From positions 1,376,001 to 1,440,000 of the forward strand of contig CAVSAC010000014.1 in the NCBI GenBank assembly GCA_963725865.1: a stretch of 64,000 nucleotides of DNA, written 5' to 3'. The DNA is from Candidatus Eiseniibacteriota bacterium. GTDB taxonomy: Bacteria > Eisenbacteria > RBG-16-71-46. Shown here in pieces: positions 31,438 to 41,531 of this stretch (position 1 is its first letter; every line of letters begins with the position of its first letter). The translations under genes were made by a program, and so were the position numbers. The notes beneath the pieces were generated by a model. The model did no database searches and was not told the DNA's origin. It saw nothing but the letters and a program-made list of their open reading frames with translations.

Positions 31438-32583
31438 ATGCCGCGCCGACTGCGTCTCGCGCTCGTCCTCGCACTCCTCGCGATATTCGCATGGACGGCG
31501 TTCGGTCCGTTTCGCCACGCGATGACGTCCGCGATCGCGAACTACCGCGCCCTGCGCGCCCCGTCGCGCGCGCGCCCCGCGCTCCAGCCGGGCGCGACCC
31601 TGCCCGCGCTCGCCGGGGGGCGCGCGTGGGTGAACGGCGGACCCGTCACTCCCGACTCGCTGGGCCGGCGCATGACGGTGGTGGTGGTCTTCAGCGACAC
31701 CCGCCCCGCCACCTACGACCTGCTGCCACGGCTCGAGGAGTTGCAGGAGGGCTTCGGGCGCGAGGGGCTGCGCGTGGTCGGCGTGCACGTGCCGGAGTTC
31801 GCGTTCGCGGCCGACACCGCGGTGACCGCGCGGCTGGCGCGCCGGCTCGGGGTGCGCTTTCCGATCGTGCTCGACGCCACGCGCGAGCTCGAGCGCGCAC
31901 TGGGCGGGATCAGCCCGTACGGCAACCCGCGCAAGGTGGTGGCGGACAGCGCCGGACGCGTGGTCGGGGACAGCGACGAAGCCACCGACCTGAGCGTGCG
32001 GCTCGCCATCGCGGGGCTGCTCCCCGGCGTTCCGATCGACGCACGCCGGCCGATCGACCATGGCCCGGTGTTCGGGACGCAGCCGCGTCCGCGCCCGCGC
32101 TTCGTTCCGCTCGGGGTCGGCCGGGTCGAGCGCGGCCCGCTCGCCCGCGTCGAGGCGGGCGAGCCACGCACGTTCACCGCGCAGTTCCGCTACCAGGAGC
32201 AGGGCGAACCCGCGGTGCCGTACCCGGTCGGGCGCTGGACGCCCGACGCCGACGGCCTGATCGCGGCGCGTGGGGGAGCGGCGGAGTTCGTGGCGATACG
32301 CTATGATGCCCGGCGCTCCGGCCCCGCGCGGGTGGGCGTGGTGATGAGCCCGCCGCGGGATGGATCGGTGCGGGTGTGGGTGCTGCGCGACGAGAAATGG
32401 ATGCCGCGCGAGGCGCTCGGGGCGGACGCGCGGCTGGATCCGCGCGGCGCCTCCTATGTCGACGTGAACGAGTCGCGGCTGTACGAGGTGGCGCGCGGAG
32501 GCGGGGTGTTCAAGCTCTCCCCGGAGCAGCCGGGGCTCGCGATCCACGCCTTCACGCTCGAGCCGCGCACGTCGCAGGACTGA
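31438..32583 (+). CDS. DipZ-like redoxin plus C-terminal beta domain, lacking CxxC
   Basis: N-terminal TM, WVNGGP, GLRVVGVHVPEFAF, FPIVLD, RLYEV, AIHAFT. There is no cysteine in the protein. Confidence 0.72.
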   Translation: MPRRLRLALVLALLAIFAWTAFGPFRHAMTSAIANYRALRAPSRARPALQPGATLPALAGGRAWVNGGPVTPDSLGRRMTVVVVFSDTRPATYDLLPRLEELQEGFGREGLRVVGVHVPEFAFAADTAVTARLARRLGVRFPIVLDATRELERALGGISPYGNPRKVVADSAGRVVGDSDEATDLSVRLAIAGLLPGVPIDARRPIDHGPVFGTQPRPRPRFVPLGVGRVERGPLARVEAGEPRTFTAQFRYQEQGEPAVPYPVGRWTPDADGLIAARGGAAEFVAIRYDARRSGPARVGVVMSPPRDGSVRVWVLRDEKWMPREALGADARLDPRGASYVDVNESRLYEVARGGGVFKLSPEQPGLAIHAFTLEPRTSQD

Positions 32584-32606
32584 ACGGAAGGACCACGGAG
32601 AACGAC

Positions 32607-32804
32607 ATGCCGCTGTGCGTCTATCTCTGCTACACGCCCGGCTGCCAGGCCAAGATGGATCGCTGGATGGCGACCGGCGAGGAAGGCGCGGCCGCGCGCA
32701 TCGAGTGCCCGCGTTGCGGTCAGCCGATGGCCTGCGCCTGGACCGGCACGCAGACCAAGACTCCGAACATGAAGGACGCGAGCGCGTTTCCGCAGCGCAA
32801 GTAG
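32607..32804 (+). CDS. Small Cys-rich zinc-ribbon protein (65 aa)
   Basis: GGAG RBS. MPLCVYLCYTPGC...IECPRCGQPMAC resembles the FmdB-like MPxYxYxC..C...CPxCG pattern. Confidence 0.72.
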   Translation: MPLCVYLCYTPGCQAKMDRWMATGEEGAAARIECPRCGQPMACAWTGTQTKTPNMKDASAFPQRK

Positions 32805-32838
32805 CGCGCGGCCGGCGCCGGGTGGTCGCCGGACGGGC

Positions 32839-33678
32839 TCAGTTCAGCGCCGACAGGATGCTGCGCAGCGCGGTGACGTGGCGCTGCACGTCCTCGCGGT
32901 CGAGCGCCGCCGGCGTGTTCGCGAGGTAGTCGCGCAGCGCGCCCAGCGCCTCGCCGTAGCGCTGCAGGCGGTAGAGCAGCAGCCCGCGGTCGCGCCGCTG
33001 CCCCGCGTCCTCGGGCTGCAGGAGCAGCAGGCGCTCCACCGCCGCGAGTGCGCCGCCCAGGTCCTCCGCGCGCAGGTAGGCGTTCTTCAGGTTGTGCAGC
33101 AGGCGCACGATCATGTCGTGCTTGCCGACCGAGGCGAGCATCCCGGGCTCGAACTCGAGCCGGCCGCCGGTGCTCGAGGCGAGGATGCGGCGGCAGTCCT
33201 CCTCGTGCATCGAGCGCGCGTCCTCGAACGGGTCGAGCACCAGGTCGCCGGGCTCGCCGGCGAGCCGCACGAGGAAGTGGGCGGGGAAGCCCACGCCCTC
33301 GAGCGGCATGCCGATGCGCCAGCCGAGCTCGAGCACCACGATCGCGAGCGTGAGCGGGATGCCCTTGCGGCGCCGGAGGACCTCGTGGAGCAGGACGTTG
33401 CGCGGGTCGAAATAGTCGCGGGTGTCGCCGCGGAAGCCCAGCTCGTCGTACACGAACGCGCGCAGGCGCGCGAGGCGCTGGAGGTTGTTCCAACCCGGCT
33501 CGAGACGGGCCTTGAGCGTGGCGCCCCACTCCTCGAGGATGCCGATCTGCTCGTCGACGCGCAGCGCGGGATCGGACTCCGCGGCGACCAGCAGCGCGGC
33601 GCGCGCGAGTTCGAGCGTGGGTTCGGGCTCGCGCATGTGCGCGAGGAACGCGGTCCGGATGAGCTCGGGAGCCTGCAT
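32839..33678 (-). CDS. SirB1-family protein (transglutaminase-like + TPR)
   Basis: LGFRGDTRDYFDPRN, VLRRRKGIPLTL, GVGFPAHFLV, DPF, RLLHNLK, RRDRGLL. Confidence 0.88.
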   Translation of the reverse strand: MQAPELIRTAFLAHMREPEPTLELARAALLVAAESDPALRVDEQIGILEEWGATLKARLEPGWNNLQRLARLRAFVYDELGFRGDTRDYFDPRNVLLHEVLRRRKGIPLTLAIVVLELGWRIGMPLEGVGFPAHFLVRLAGEPGDLVLDPFEDARSMHEEDCRRILASSTGGRLEFEPGMLASVGKHDMIVRLLHNLKNAYLRAEDLGGALAAVERLLLLQPEDAGQRRDRGLLLYRLQRYGEALGALRDYLANTPAALDREDVQRHVTALRSILSALN

Positions 33679-34840
33679 GGTGCGTGATCGATCCTCGTCG
33701 TCTGGTCCCACCGATGGCGTGCCGGGACCCGTGGTCCGCGCGCTGCACCGGCGGTTGCTGGCCTGGTACGCCCGTGAGCGCCGCGATCTGCCGTGGCGCC
33801 GCACCCGCGACCCGTATGCGGTGTGGCTGTCCGAGGTCATGCTCCAGCAGACCCAGGTCGCCACCGCGCTGCCGTACTACGAGCGTTTCCTCGCGCGCTT
33901 TCCGAGCCTCGAGTCGCTGTCCCGCGCGCGCGAGGCCGACGTGCTCCACGCGTGGGCGGGGCTGGGCTACTACCGCCGCGCGCGCTCGTTCCGATCCGCC
34001 GCCCTCCAGGTGGTGCGCGAGCACGCCGGACACGTGCCCGACGATCCCGAACGCTTCGGCCGACTGCCCGGCGTCGGCCGCTACACCTGCGGCGCGGTGC
34101 TCTCCATCGCTTTCGGCCGTCCGCTTCCGGTTCTGGATGGGAATGTCGCGCGGGTGCTGGCGCGACTCACCGCGCGGCCGCTCGCGATCCGTGACCCGCG
34201 CGACGCGCGCGCGCTGTGGACGCTGGCCGAGTCCCTGGTTCCGATGCGCGAGCCGGGGGATTGGAACCAGGCGATGATGGAATTGGGGGCCCGCATCTGC
34301 ACGCCGCGCGCGCCCCGCTGCGGCGCCTGTCCGGTCGCCGCGCGCTGCCGCGCCCACGCCCTCGGGCGCGAGGAGGAGTTTCCGCCGGTCGCGCCGCGGC
34401 GCGCGGCGGTGACGGTGCGGCGGGCGGTGGCGCTGGTCGGGCGCGCGGGCCGCCTGTTGATGACGCGACGGGACGGCACGCTGCTCGCGGGGCTGTGGGA
34501 GCCGCCCGGCATCGACCTGGCGCCTGGGACCGACGGCGCGCGCGCGCTCGGCGCCGCTCTGAAGGCGCTCGGCGTGCGGGCCGCGCTGCGCCCGCTCGAA
34601 GCCCGCGTCCGCCACACCATCACCCACCGCAGGTTCGAGGTCGAGCTGTGGGGCGGCACCCTGCTCGGGGCGGCGCCGCGCGGCGCGCGGGTGCGGCTGG
34701 TGGATCCCGAGGCGCCCGCCGTGGCGCTCAGCGCGCTCGCGCGCAAGGCGGCGCGCGCCGGCGCGGCCGCCGCGACTCCGGGCACCTCGCGGCGCGGACT
34801 CCGCCGCGCGGCTCAAGCGCCTCGCGCCCGCCGCCGATAA
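33677..34840 (+). CDS. mutY: A/G-specific adenine glycosylase (start uncertain: ATG 33677, GTG 33719 or GTG 33731)
   Basis: RRDLPWR, WLSEVMLQQTQV, WAGLGYYRRA, LPGVGRYT, DGNVARV, CTPRAPRCGACPVAARC, GLWEPP. Confidence 0.93.
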   Translation: MVRDRSSSSGPTDGVPGPVVRALHRRLLAWYARERRDLPWRRTRDPYAVWLSEVMLQQTQVATALPYYERFLARFPSLESLSRAREADVLHAWAGLGYYRRARSFRSAALQVVREHAGHVPDDPERFGRLPGVGRYTCGAVLSIAFGRPLPVLDGNVARVLARLTARPLAIRDPRDARALWTLAESLVPMREPGDWNQAMMELGARICTPRAPRCGACPVAARCRAHALGREEEFPPVAPRRAAVTVRRAVALVGRAGRLLMTRRDGTLLAGLWEPPGIDLAPGTDGARALGAALKALGVRAALRPLEARVRHTITHRRFEVELWGGTLLGAAPRGARVRLVDPEAPAVALSALARKAARAGAAAATPGTSRRGLRRAAQAPRARRR

Positions 34841-34928
34841 CCCCGCGGTCGGCTTCGTCCTCCGCCTCGAGACCGTGCGCCAGCACCGCCCGGACGCCGC
34901 CGCCCCGCCGTCAGCGCAGGAGAACCAC

Positions 34929-35693
34929 GTGGAAACCGCGGATCGCTCGCTCCGACTCCAGCAGGTCGCCGACCATCGCACCGTGCGCAAGACGCTGCGC
35001 GGTTCGAGCATCGGCAGTCTCGTCTTCGGCGCGCTCGCGCTGCTCGGCGGCATCGCGCCCCCCTTCGATCCGGTGCTGACCGCGGTCGGCGCGGTGCTGC
35101 TGAGCACCGGCATCTGGAACCTGCTCGATCCGCGGCCCACCGGCATCCTGCTCGACGGCTGCGCGCTGCTGGTGGTGGGGCTCTACAACGTCGCCGGCGC
35201 CCTGTTCGCCCTGTCGCAGGGGCAGCACGGCACCGCCGACAGCCTGTTCGTGAAGCTCGGGGTGTTCCAGATCGCGTGGGGGGCCGCGAGCTTCTGGCGC
35301 TTCCGGCGCTTCCGCGACGCCTTCCGCGACCCGCCGACCGAAGCGGAGTCGCGCCAGCTCGACGGCATGGTGAACGTGCTGTGGAAGACCAAGGCGAAGG
35401 AGTCGGTCGACGTGATCGAGTTCGTCAGCGAGGGGCTTCACGCGAAGGCCTGGAAGGCGCGCCTGTCGCCGACCCTGGCGGTGCTCGCCACCGACCGCGG
35501 CCACGAGGTGGTGGTGGCCGAGAAGGATCAGTTCGACATCGAGGACCGCGGCAAGGTGATGCTCGGCTCGGCCCGCAAGGCCACGTTCGTCGTGCGCGGG
35601 AAGCGCTGGAAGGGTCACCTGCCGGCCGACTCGCTGGAGCGCTTCCAGCAGTGGAAGACCGGCGTGGTGATTCCTCGCGCGATCGCGGCCTGA
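34929..35693 (+). CDS. Hypothetical membrane protein (4 TM plus soluble C-terminal domain)
   Basis: GCAGGAG RBS then GTG, four hydrophobic segments, typical codon usage. Confidence 0.7.
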   Translation: METADRSLRLQQVADHRTVRKTLRGSSIGSLVFGALALLGGIAPPFDPVLTAVGAVLLSTGIWNLLDPRPTGILLDGCALLVVGLYNVAGALFALSQGQHGTADSLFVKLGVFQIAWGAASFWRFRRFRDAFRDPPTEAESRQLDGMVNVLWKTKAKESVDVIEFVSEGLHAKAWKARLSPTLAVLATDRGHEVVVAEKDQFDIEDRGKVMLGSARKATFVVRGKRWKGHLPADSLERFQQWKTGVVIPRAIAA

Positions 35694-35709
35694 GCTGCTA
35701 CCCACACGC

Positions 35710-35750
35710 CGACGGCGGCGCCCCGTACCCGGGACGCCGCCGTCGTGTTT
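35710..35750 (+). terminator. Intrinsic terminator between convergent genes
   Basis: Stem CGACGGCGGCG/CGCCGCCGTCG followed by TGTTT. Confidence 0.65.
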
Positions 35751-35771
35751 CGGTGCGCGAACCGCGCGGCT

Positions 35772-38700
35772 TCAGTCCGCCGAGCCCATCCCGACGGTGC
35801 CGCCCGCGGGCGCGGGCGCCAGGCCGGGCGTCGGTACGGGCCGCGGCTCGGGTCCCGGCGCCGGCACGTGCTCCGCGAGTTCCGCGGGCGCGCTCGTCCA
35901 CTTCGTCACCCGCACGCCCACCCACGCGCCGAAGTCGTCGAGGTAGGTGTACACGACCGGCACCACGATCAGCGTCAGCAGCGTCGAGGTGATGAGCCCA
36001 CCGATCACCGCGTGCGCCATCGGGGCGCGGAACTCGCCGCCCTGACCGCCGCCGATCGCGGTCGGCAGCATGCCGAAGATCATCGCCAGCGTGGTCATCA
36101 CGATCGGGCGCAATCGGAGCTGGCCCGCATCGACCAGCGCCTTGGTGCGCTCGCTGCCCCGGTCGCGCGCTTTGTTGGCGAAGTCGACCAGCAGGATGGC
36201 GTTCTTCGTCACCAGGCCCATCAGCATGATGATGCCGATCATGCTCATCAGGTTGAGCGTCCCGCGCGTGATCATCAGGCCGAGCATCACGCCCACCAGC
36301 GACAGCGGCAACGACAGCATGATGGCGACCGGGTGCAGGAACGACCCGAACTGCGAGGCGAGGATGATGTAGATGAAGATCACCGCCATCGCCAGCGCCT
36401 CCAGGATGTAGCCGATGGTCTCCTGGAGATCCTCCTGCTCGCCGCCGAAGTCGAACGAGTAGCCCGGCGGCAGCTGCAGCCGCGCCAGCCGCGTCTGGAT
36501 CCCGGTCACCACCTCGCTGAGCGGCACGCCCTCGTAGTTGCCCTCGACGGTGACGACGCGCTCCAGTCCGATGCGGTCGATCTGCGACGGCGCGCCGCTC
36601 AGCTGGAGCCTCGCGATCTGGCCGAGCGGCACCATCACCGGGCGGCCGGAGCGGTCGAACGAGCCGGTGGCGATCGGCACCCGCGCGAGATCCGCCTGGG
36701 AGGTGCGGTACTCCGGCGCCATGCGCACGACCACGTCGTGCGCGAGACCGGTCTCGTCCTCCCAGTTGCCGGCCTTCTGTCCCGACAGCACGGGACGCAG
36801 GGCCGCGCCGACGGCGCCGACCGAGGTGCCGAGCTGCGCCGCGAGGTCGCGATCGAGGACCGCCGTCCACTCGGGCTTGCGGCCCTCGAGGCTCGACTTG
36901 GGATCCACGAATCCGTGGACGTCGCGGATCGTGGCGATGGTCTGATCCGACAGCTCCTGCAGCTTGTCGAGGCGCGGGCCGTTGATGTGGAGCCGGATCG
37001 GCGCCGACGCGCCGCCGAAGCTCACCTGGAGGATGCGCGCGCTCACACCCTGGAAGCGCGGCAGGTCCTTGCGCATCAGGGTCTCGAGCCGCTGCTGCGA
37101 GAGCCGGCGGGTATGGCGCGGGGTGAGCTTCACGTAGATCTGGCCCTTGTTGACCGCGCCGTTCTGCTGGTCGCCGCCGATGCTGGTGTAGGTGTAGGCG
37201 ACCTCCGGGTGCGAGCGCACGAACCGCACCAGCTCCAGCGCCTTGTCGGTCGTGTAGGCGAGCGAGGAGCCGACCGGGGTGTCGAAGCCGATCACGGTCT
37301 CGCCCTCGTCCGACTTCGGGAAGAACTGCTGGCCCACCAGTCCGACGGCGGGCAGCGCCAGCGCGATCACGAACGTCGCCAGCGCGATCCCCATGGTGAG
37401 CAGGCGATGGCGCAGCGCCCACTGGATGAGCCCGCGGTACCGCCGGCCCACGCCCTCGAACCACTGGTTGAAGCCCGCGAGCCGGCGGCCCACGAAGCCG
37501 TTCTGCCGGTGGCCCTCGGCCTGGGGGTCGTACCAGCGCGAGGACAGCATCGGATCGAGCGTGAACGAGACGAACAGCGAGACCAGCACCGCGAACGCGA
37601 CCGTGATGCCGAACGAGAAGAAGAAGCGCCCGACGATGCCGCCCATGAACGCGACCGGGACGAACACCGCGATGATCGAGAGCGAGGTCGAGAGGACCGC
37701 GAAGCCGATCTCGGCGGTGCCGTTGCGGGCCGCGGTGAAGTGGTCCTCGCCGCGTTCGACGTGGCGCACGATGTTCTCGCGGACCACGATCGCGTCGTCG
37801 ATGAGCATGCCGATCACCAGCGACAGCGCCATCAGCGTCATCGTGTTGAGCGTGAATCCGAACGCCAGGATCGCGACGAACGACGAGATCACCGAGACCG
37901 GGAGCGTGAGGCCGGTGATCACGGTCGAGCGCCACGAGTTCAGGAACACGAACACGATCAGGATGGTGAGGAACGCGCCCTCGACCAGCGTCTTGCGGAC
38001 GTCGTCCACCGAGTCGCGGATCTGGACCGAGTTGTCGCGGATCGGCGCGATCACCACGCCCGCGGGCAGTGACTTGTTCAGCTTCCCGACCGCGGCGTGC
38101 ACGTCGTCCGCGATCTGCACGGTGTTGCCGCCCGAGACCTTGCGGACCGAGATCGCGACCGCGCGCTCTCCGTTCACGAACGCCGCGTCGCGCGCCTCCT
38201 CCTGCGCGTCCTCGACGCGCGCGACCTGGGACAGGCGCACCGGCTCGCCGCCGCGCTCGGCGACGACGATGGAGTTGAATCCCGCCGGCTCGGGGATGCG
38301 CCCCTTCACGCGCACGAGCTCCTCGCGGTGCCCGCGATCGACGCGCCCGGCGGGCACGTCGGTGTTCTCGCGCTCGACCGCCGCCACCACCATGTCGGGC
38401 GACACGCCCAGCGCCTGCATCCGGTCGGGCTGGAGCAGCGCGTGGATCTCGCGGCGCACGCCGCCCTCGACCGACACGTTGCCGACCCCCGGGATGTTCT
38501 CGAGGCGCTTGCTGATGGTCTCCTCGGCGAGCGTGGTCAGGTCGCGCAGCGACATGCCCGCGCTGCTCAGCGAGAACGTCAGGATCGGGTCGCCCTGGGC
38601 GTCGTACTTCGACACCACCGGCGGGTCGATGTCTTTCGGAAGCTCGAGGCGGATGGCGTCGAGCTTCGCCCGCACGTCGGCCTGCGCCTCCGCGACCTTG

Positions 38701-38996
38701 ACGCCGAGACGGAACTGGATGAACACCTGCGAGAAGCCCTCGGTCGAGATCGAGCTGATCTCCTTCACTCCAGAGACCGGGTTGACGGCCTCCTCGATCT
38801 TCTTGGTCACCTCGCGCTCGACCGCTTCGGGGCTCGCGCCGGGGTAGTTCGTCTGGATGCCGACGAACGGGAACTCGATGTTGGGCCACTGGTCGATGGC
38901 GAGTCGCCGGTAGGCGAAGACGCCGAGGGTGACCAGCGCCACGATCATCATCGTGGCGAGCACCGGTCGCTTGATGGAGAGATCGCTCAGGAACAT
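35772..38996 (-). CDS. RND efflux transporter permease (AcrB/HAE1 family)
   Basis: MFLSDLSIKRPV, YPGASPE, GMLIDDAIVVRENI, GLVTKNAILLVDFA, RLRPIVMTT. Confidence 0.96.
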   Translation of the reverse strand: MFLSDLSIKRPVLATMMIVALVTLGVFAYRRLAIDQWPNIEFPFVGIQTNYPGASPEAVEREVTKKIEEAVNPVSGVKEISSISTEGFSQVFIQFRLGVKVAEAQADVRAKLDAIRLELPKDIDPPVVSKYDAQGDPILTFSLSSAGMSLRDLTTLAEETISKRLENIPGVGNVSVEGGVRREIHALLQPDRMQALGVSPDMVVAAVERENTDVPAGRVDRGHREELVRVKGRIPEPAGFNSIVVAERGGEPVRLSQVARVEDAQEEARDAAFVNGERAVAISVRKVSGGNTVQIADDVHAAVGKLNKSLPAGVVIAPIRDNSVQIRDSVDDVRKTLVEGAFLTILIVFVFLNSWRSTVITGLTLPVSVISSFVAILAFGFTLNTMTLMALSLVIGMLIDDAIVVRENIVRHVERGEDHFTAARNGTAEIGFAVLSTSLSIIAVFVPVAFMGGIVGRFFFSFGITVAFAVLVSLFVSFTLDPMLSSRWYDPQAEGHRQNGFVGRRLAGFNQWFEGVGRRYRGLIQWALRHRLLTMGIALATFVIALALPAVGLVGQQFFPKSDEGETVIGFDTPVGSSLAYTTDKALELVRFVRSHPEVAYTYTSIGGDQQNGAVNKGQIYVKLTPRHTRRLSQQRLETLMRKDLPRFQGVSARILQVSFGGASAPIRLHINGPRLDKLQELSDQTIATIRDVHGFVDPKSSLEGRKPEWTAVLDRDLAAQLGTSVGAVGAALRPVLSGQKAGNWEDETGLAHDVVVRMAPEYRTSQADLARVPIATGSFDRSGRPVMVPLGQIARLQLSGAPSQIDRIGLERVVTVEGNYEGVPLSEVVTGIQTRLARLQLPPGYSFDFGGEQEDLQETIGYILEALAMAVIFIYIILASQFGSFLHPVAIMLSLPLSLVGVMLGLMITRGTLNLMSMIGIIMLMGLVTKNAILLVDFANKARDRGSERTKALVDAGQLRLRPIVMTTLAMIFGMLPTAIGGGQGGEFRAPMAHAVIGGLITSTLLTLIVVPVVYTYLDDFGAWVGVRVTKWTSAPAELAEHVPAPGPEPRPVPTPGLAPAPAGGTVGMGSAD

Positions 38997-38997
38997 C

Positions 38998-40077
38998 TCA
39001 GCCCTCCCGCTTCGCGACCTGGACCGGCTGCCCGGCCTTGAGGCCCGTGATCGGTCCGGAGATGACCTGCTCGCCGTCCGTCAATCCCGACACGACCTCG
39101 ACGAGGTCGCGCGAGTCGTCGCGCAGCCCGGTCGTCACCGTGCGCGGCGTGGCTTTGCCGCCGGCCACCACCCACACCACGGCGCGGCCGCTGTCCGCGC
39201 GCACGCTGGCCAGGGGCACCGCGAGCGCCCGCGGCACGCGCTTGAGCACCACCTGGCCGGAGGCGAACAGGCCGCCGACCATGCGTCCATCCCGGTTGGG
39301 GACCGCCACGTAGATCTTCACCTGCCGCGTCGCGGGATCGGCGTCCGCGTTGACGCGCGCGACGCGGCCCTCGATCGCCGCGTGCGGGTAGCCGGTGACG
39401 TCGAGCACCACCGGCGAGCCGACGCGCACCTGGCTCACGTCGGTCGCGGTGATGGTCGCCTCGAACTCCAGCTCGCGCGTGTCCACCACCCGCATGACCG
39501 GGTCTCCGATGCCGAGCCGCGCGCCCGCCTGCACGAAGCGCTGAGCGACCGTCCCGCTGATCGGGGACCGGACCGTCGACTCGTCGAGCATCTTGCGCGC
39601 CGTCGCGTAGGCGGCCTCCGCTTCGCGCATCACCGCCTCCGCGGTCTCGACGTCGCGCTCGGCGACCGCGCCCTCCTTCAGCAGGTTCTGCATGCGCCCG
39701 TAGTCGGAGCGCGCCGCGCGGAAGCGCGCCGCGGCGCCGGCCGCCGCGGGCTCCACTGCGCTGGTGCGGAAGTGCGCGAGCACCTCGCCCCGCTGGACGC
39801 GCTGCCCTTCCTTCACCGGCATCGCGTCGATCACGTCCGCGATCGGCGCGCCGATCGTGATGTCGGTCGCGGGGCCGAGCGTGCCCGAGACCGCCACGCC
39901 CTGCACGAGATCGATGCGTCGCGCCTCCGTCACGTCGCTGGCGCCCAGCACCGCCGCCTGCAGGGCGCCGGCGTCGGCTGCATTCGCGGGGGGCTGCTGC
40001 TTGCCGCATCCGCTCGTCAGGGCGACCGCCAGCAGGCCGACCGTCGCGATCGTCATCATCCACGCATATCGCTTCAT
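38998..40077 (-). CDS. RND periplasmic adaptor (MFP), lipoprotein
   Basis: Lipobox LTSGC, VKEGQRVQRGEVLA, VRSPISGTV, DPATR, VVSGLTDGE. Confidence 0.93.
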   Translation of the reverse strand: MKRYAWMMTIATVGLLAVALTSGCGKQQPPANAADAGALQAAVLGASDVTEARRIDLVQGVAVSGTLGPATDITIGAPIADVIDAMPVKEGQRVQRGEVLAHFRTSAVEPAAAGAAARFRAARSDYGRMQNLLKEGAVAERDVETAEAVMREAEAAYATARKMLDESTVRSPISGTVAQRFVQAGARLGIGDPVMRVVDTRELEFEATITATDVSQVRVGSPVVLDVTGYPHAAIEGRVARVNADADPATRQVKIYVAVPNRDGRMVGGLFASGQVVLKRVPRALAVPLASVRADSGRAVVWVVAGGKATPRTVTTGLRDDSRDLVEVVSGLTDGEQVISGPITGLKAGQPVQVAKREG

Positions 40078-40079
40078 GG

Positions 40080-41531
40080 CTATCGCCCTTCCTTCTCGGG
40101 GTCTACGTTCATGCCGATGCTATCGACGGGGCGCCGCTCCACCGGCAGCGTATGTCCGACCGCCTTCTCGAGGGACGCGAGCGCGAGCAGGTAGTCGCGC
40201 GTGGCCTGCACCTCGTTCAGTTCCGCGTTCTGGTGCTGCAGGCGGGCGTCCGAGACTTCGATCTGAGGCGACAGCCCGTTGGAGAACCGCACGCTCGCGA
40301 GCTCGAACGCACGCTGAGCCTGGCGCACCGTCTCGCGGCGCGCGGCCAGCAGCGCGCCGGTGCGTTCGAGTCCCGTGCGGGCCTGCTCGATCTCGAGCTC
40401 CACGCCGACGCGGGTCTGATCGCGCTGCGCGAGCGCGCGCTCCAGGTCGGCCCGCGCGATGTCGATGCCGCCCTCGGTGCGCAGGCCGACGAAGATGGGG
40501 AACTCGAGCCGGGCGCCGGCGTTCCAGGAGCGGCGATACCGGTCGCGTTCCGGCCACGCCGCGGTCGACGTGAACGCCGAGTGCGAGAGCGTCGAGGTGA
40601 AGTAGAGGTCCGGCCAGCGCCGGCCCTGCTCGACCCGGAGCGCCATCCGCCGGGCGACCACCTCGGCTTCGATCTGCTGCAGCGCGGGGCGGGCGTCGCG
40701 GAGGAACAGGGTGTCCACCGGCACCGGCACCGTCTCGTCGTCGGCGACCAGCGGCGTGGTGAGCACGAGCTCCTGCTCGAGGGGCACGTGCGCGACGCGC
40801 TTGAGCTCGAGCTGCGCGAGCGTGGAGTTGTTGCGGGCCTCGACCACCGGCGGTTCCTGGTTGGCCGCGTCCACCTCGGCTCGCAGCAGCTCGTACTCGG
40901 AGCGTGCGCCCTCGCGGCGGTAGAGCCGCACCTGCGCCAGGTGCGCCCGCGACTGCGCCAGGGACGACTCGGCGATCGCCACGACGCGCTGCGCGAGCGC
41001 GGCGTCCAGGTAGGCCTTGCGGGTCCGGTAGGTGACGTCCATCGCGGTCTCGCGCTGGTTCGAGTCGGCGGCGCGGCGCACCGCCACCGCGGCGCGCAGG
41101 CCCGCGCCCACCTTGCCGCCCGACCACAGCAGCTGGCGCGCGGTGATGTCGAGCTCCCAGGTGTTCTTGGCGGCGAAGGGGCTGTTCGCCAGCAGCGAGC
41201 CGATGCTCGAGTCGTCCGCCGGGACGTCGAACACGGATGCCAGGCTGCGACTGTAGGAGTAGACGCCGTTGATCTGGGGCAGCGCCTCGGCGAGCGCGAA
41301 GTGGATGCGACCGTGCGCCTCGCGGATGAGCGCGCGCGGGAAGCGCATGTCGTCGCCCTCGCTCAGCGCGCGCGCCACCGCGTCGTCGAGCGAGAGGCGC
41401 AGCGGAGCGTCGTCGATCGCCCCGGATGCGGCGGCCGGCGCGGCGCCGGCCCGTGCGGCCGGGGTGGCGAGGAAGGGGAGGACGAGTGCCGCGCACGCGA
41501 GCGCGGCGGTCGCGGGCCAGGCGGCTCTCAT
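40080..41531 (-). CDS. TolC family outer-membrane efflux protein
   Basis: Signal peptide, LSLDDAVARAL, QLLWSGG, YELLRAEV, RFSNGL..QIEVSDA. ATGA overlap with tetR. Confidence 0.92.
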   Translation of the reverse strand: MRAAWPATAALACAALVLPFLATPAARAGAAPAAASGAIDDAPLRLSLDDAVARALSEGDDMRFPRALIREAHGRIHFALAEALPQINGVYSYSRSLASVFDVPADDSSIGSLLANSPFAAKNTWELDITARQLLWSGGKVGAGLRAAVAVRRAADSNQRETAMDVTYRTRKAYLDAALAQRVVAIAESSLAQSRAHLAQVRLYRREGARSEYELLRAEVDAANQEPPVVEARNNSTLAQLELKRVAHVPLEQELVLTTPLVADDETVPVPVDTLFLRDARPALQQIEAEVVARRMALRVEQGRRWPDLYFTSTLSHSAFTSTAAWPERDRYRRSWNAGARLEFPIFVGLRTEGGIDIARADLERALAQRDQTRVGVELEIEQARTGLERTGALLAARRETVRQAQRAFELASVRFSNGLSPQIEVSDARLQHQNAELNEVQATRDYLLALASLEKAVGHTLPVERRPVDSIGMNVDPEKEGR

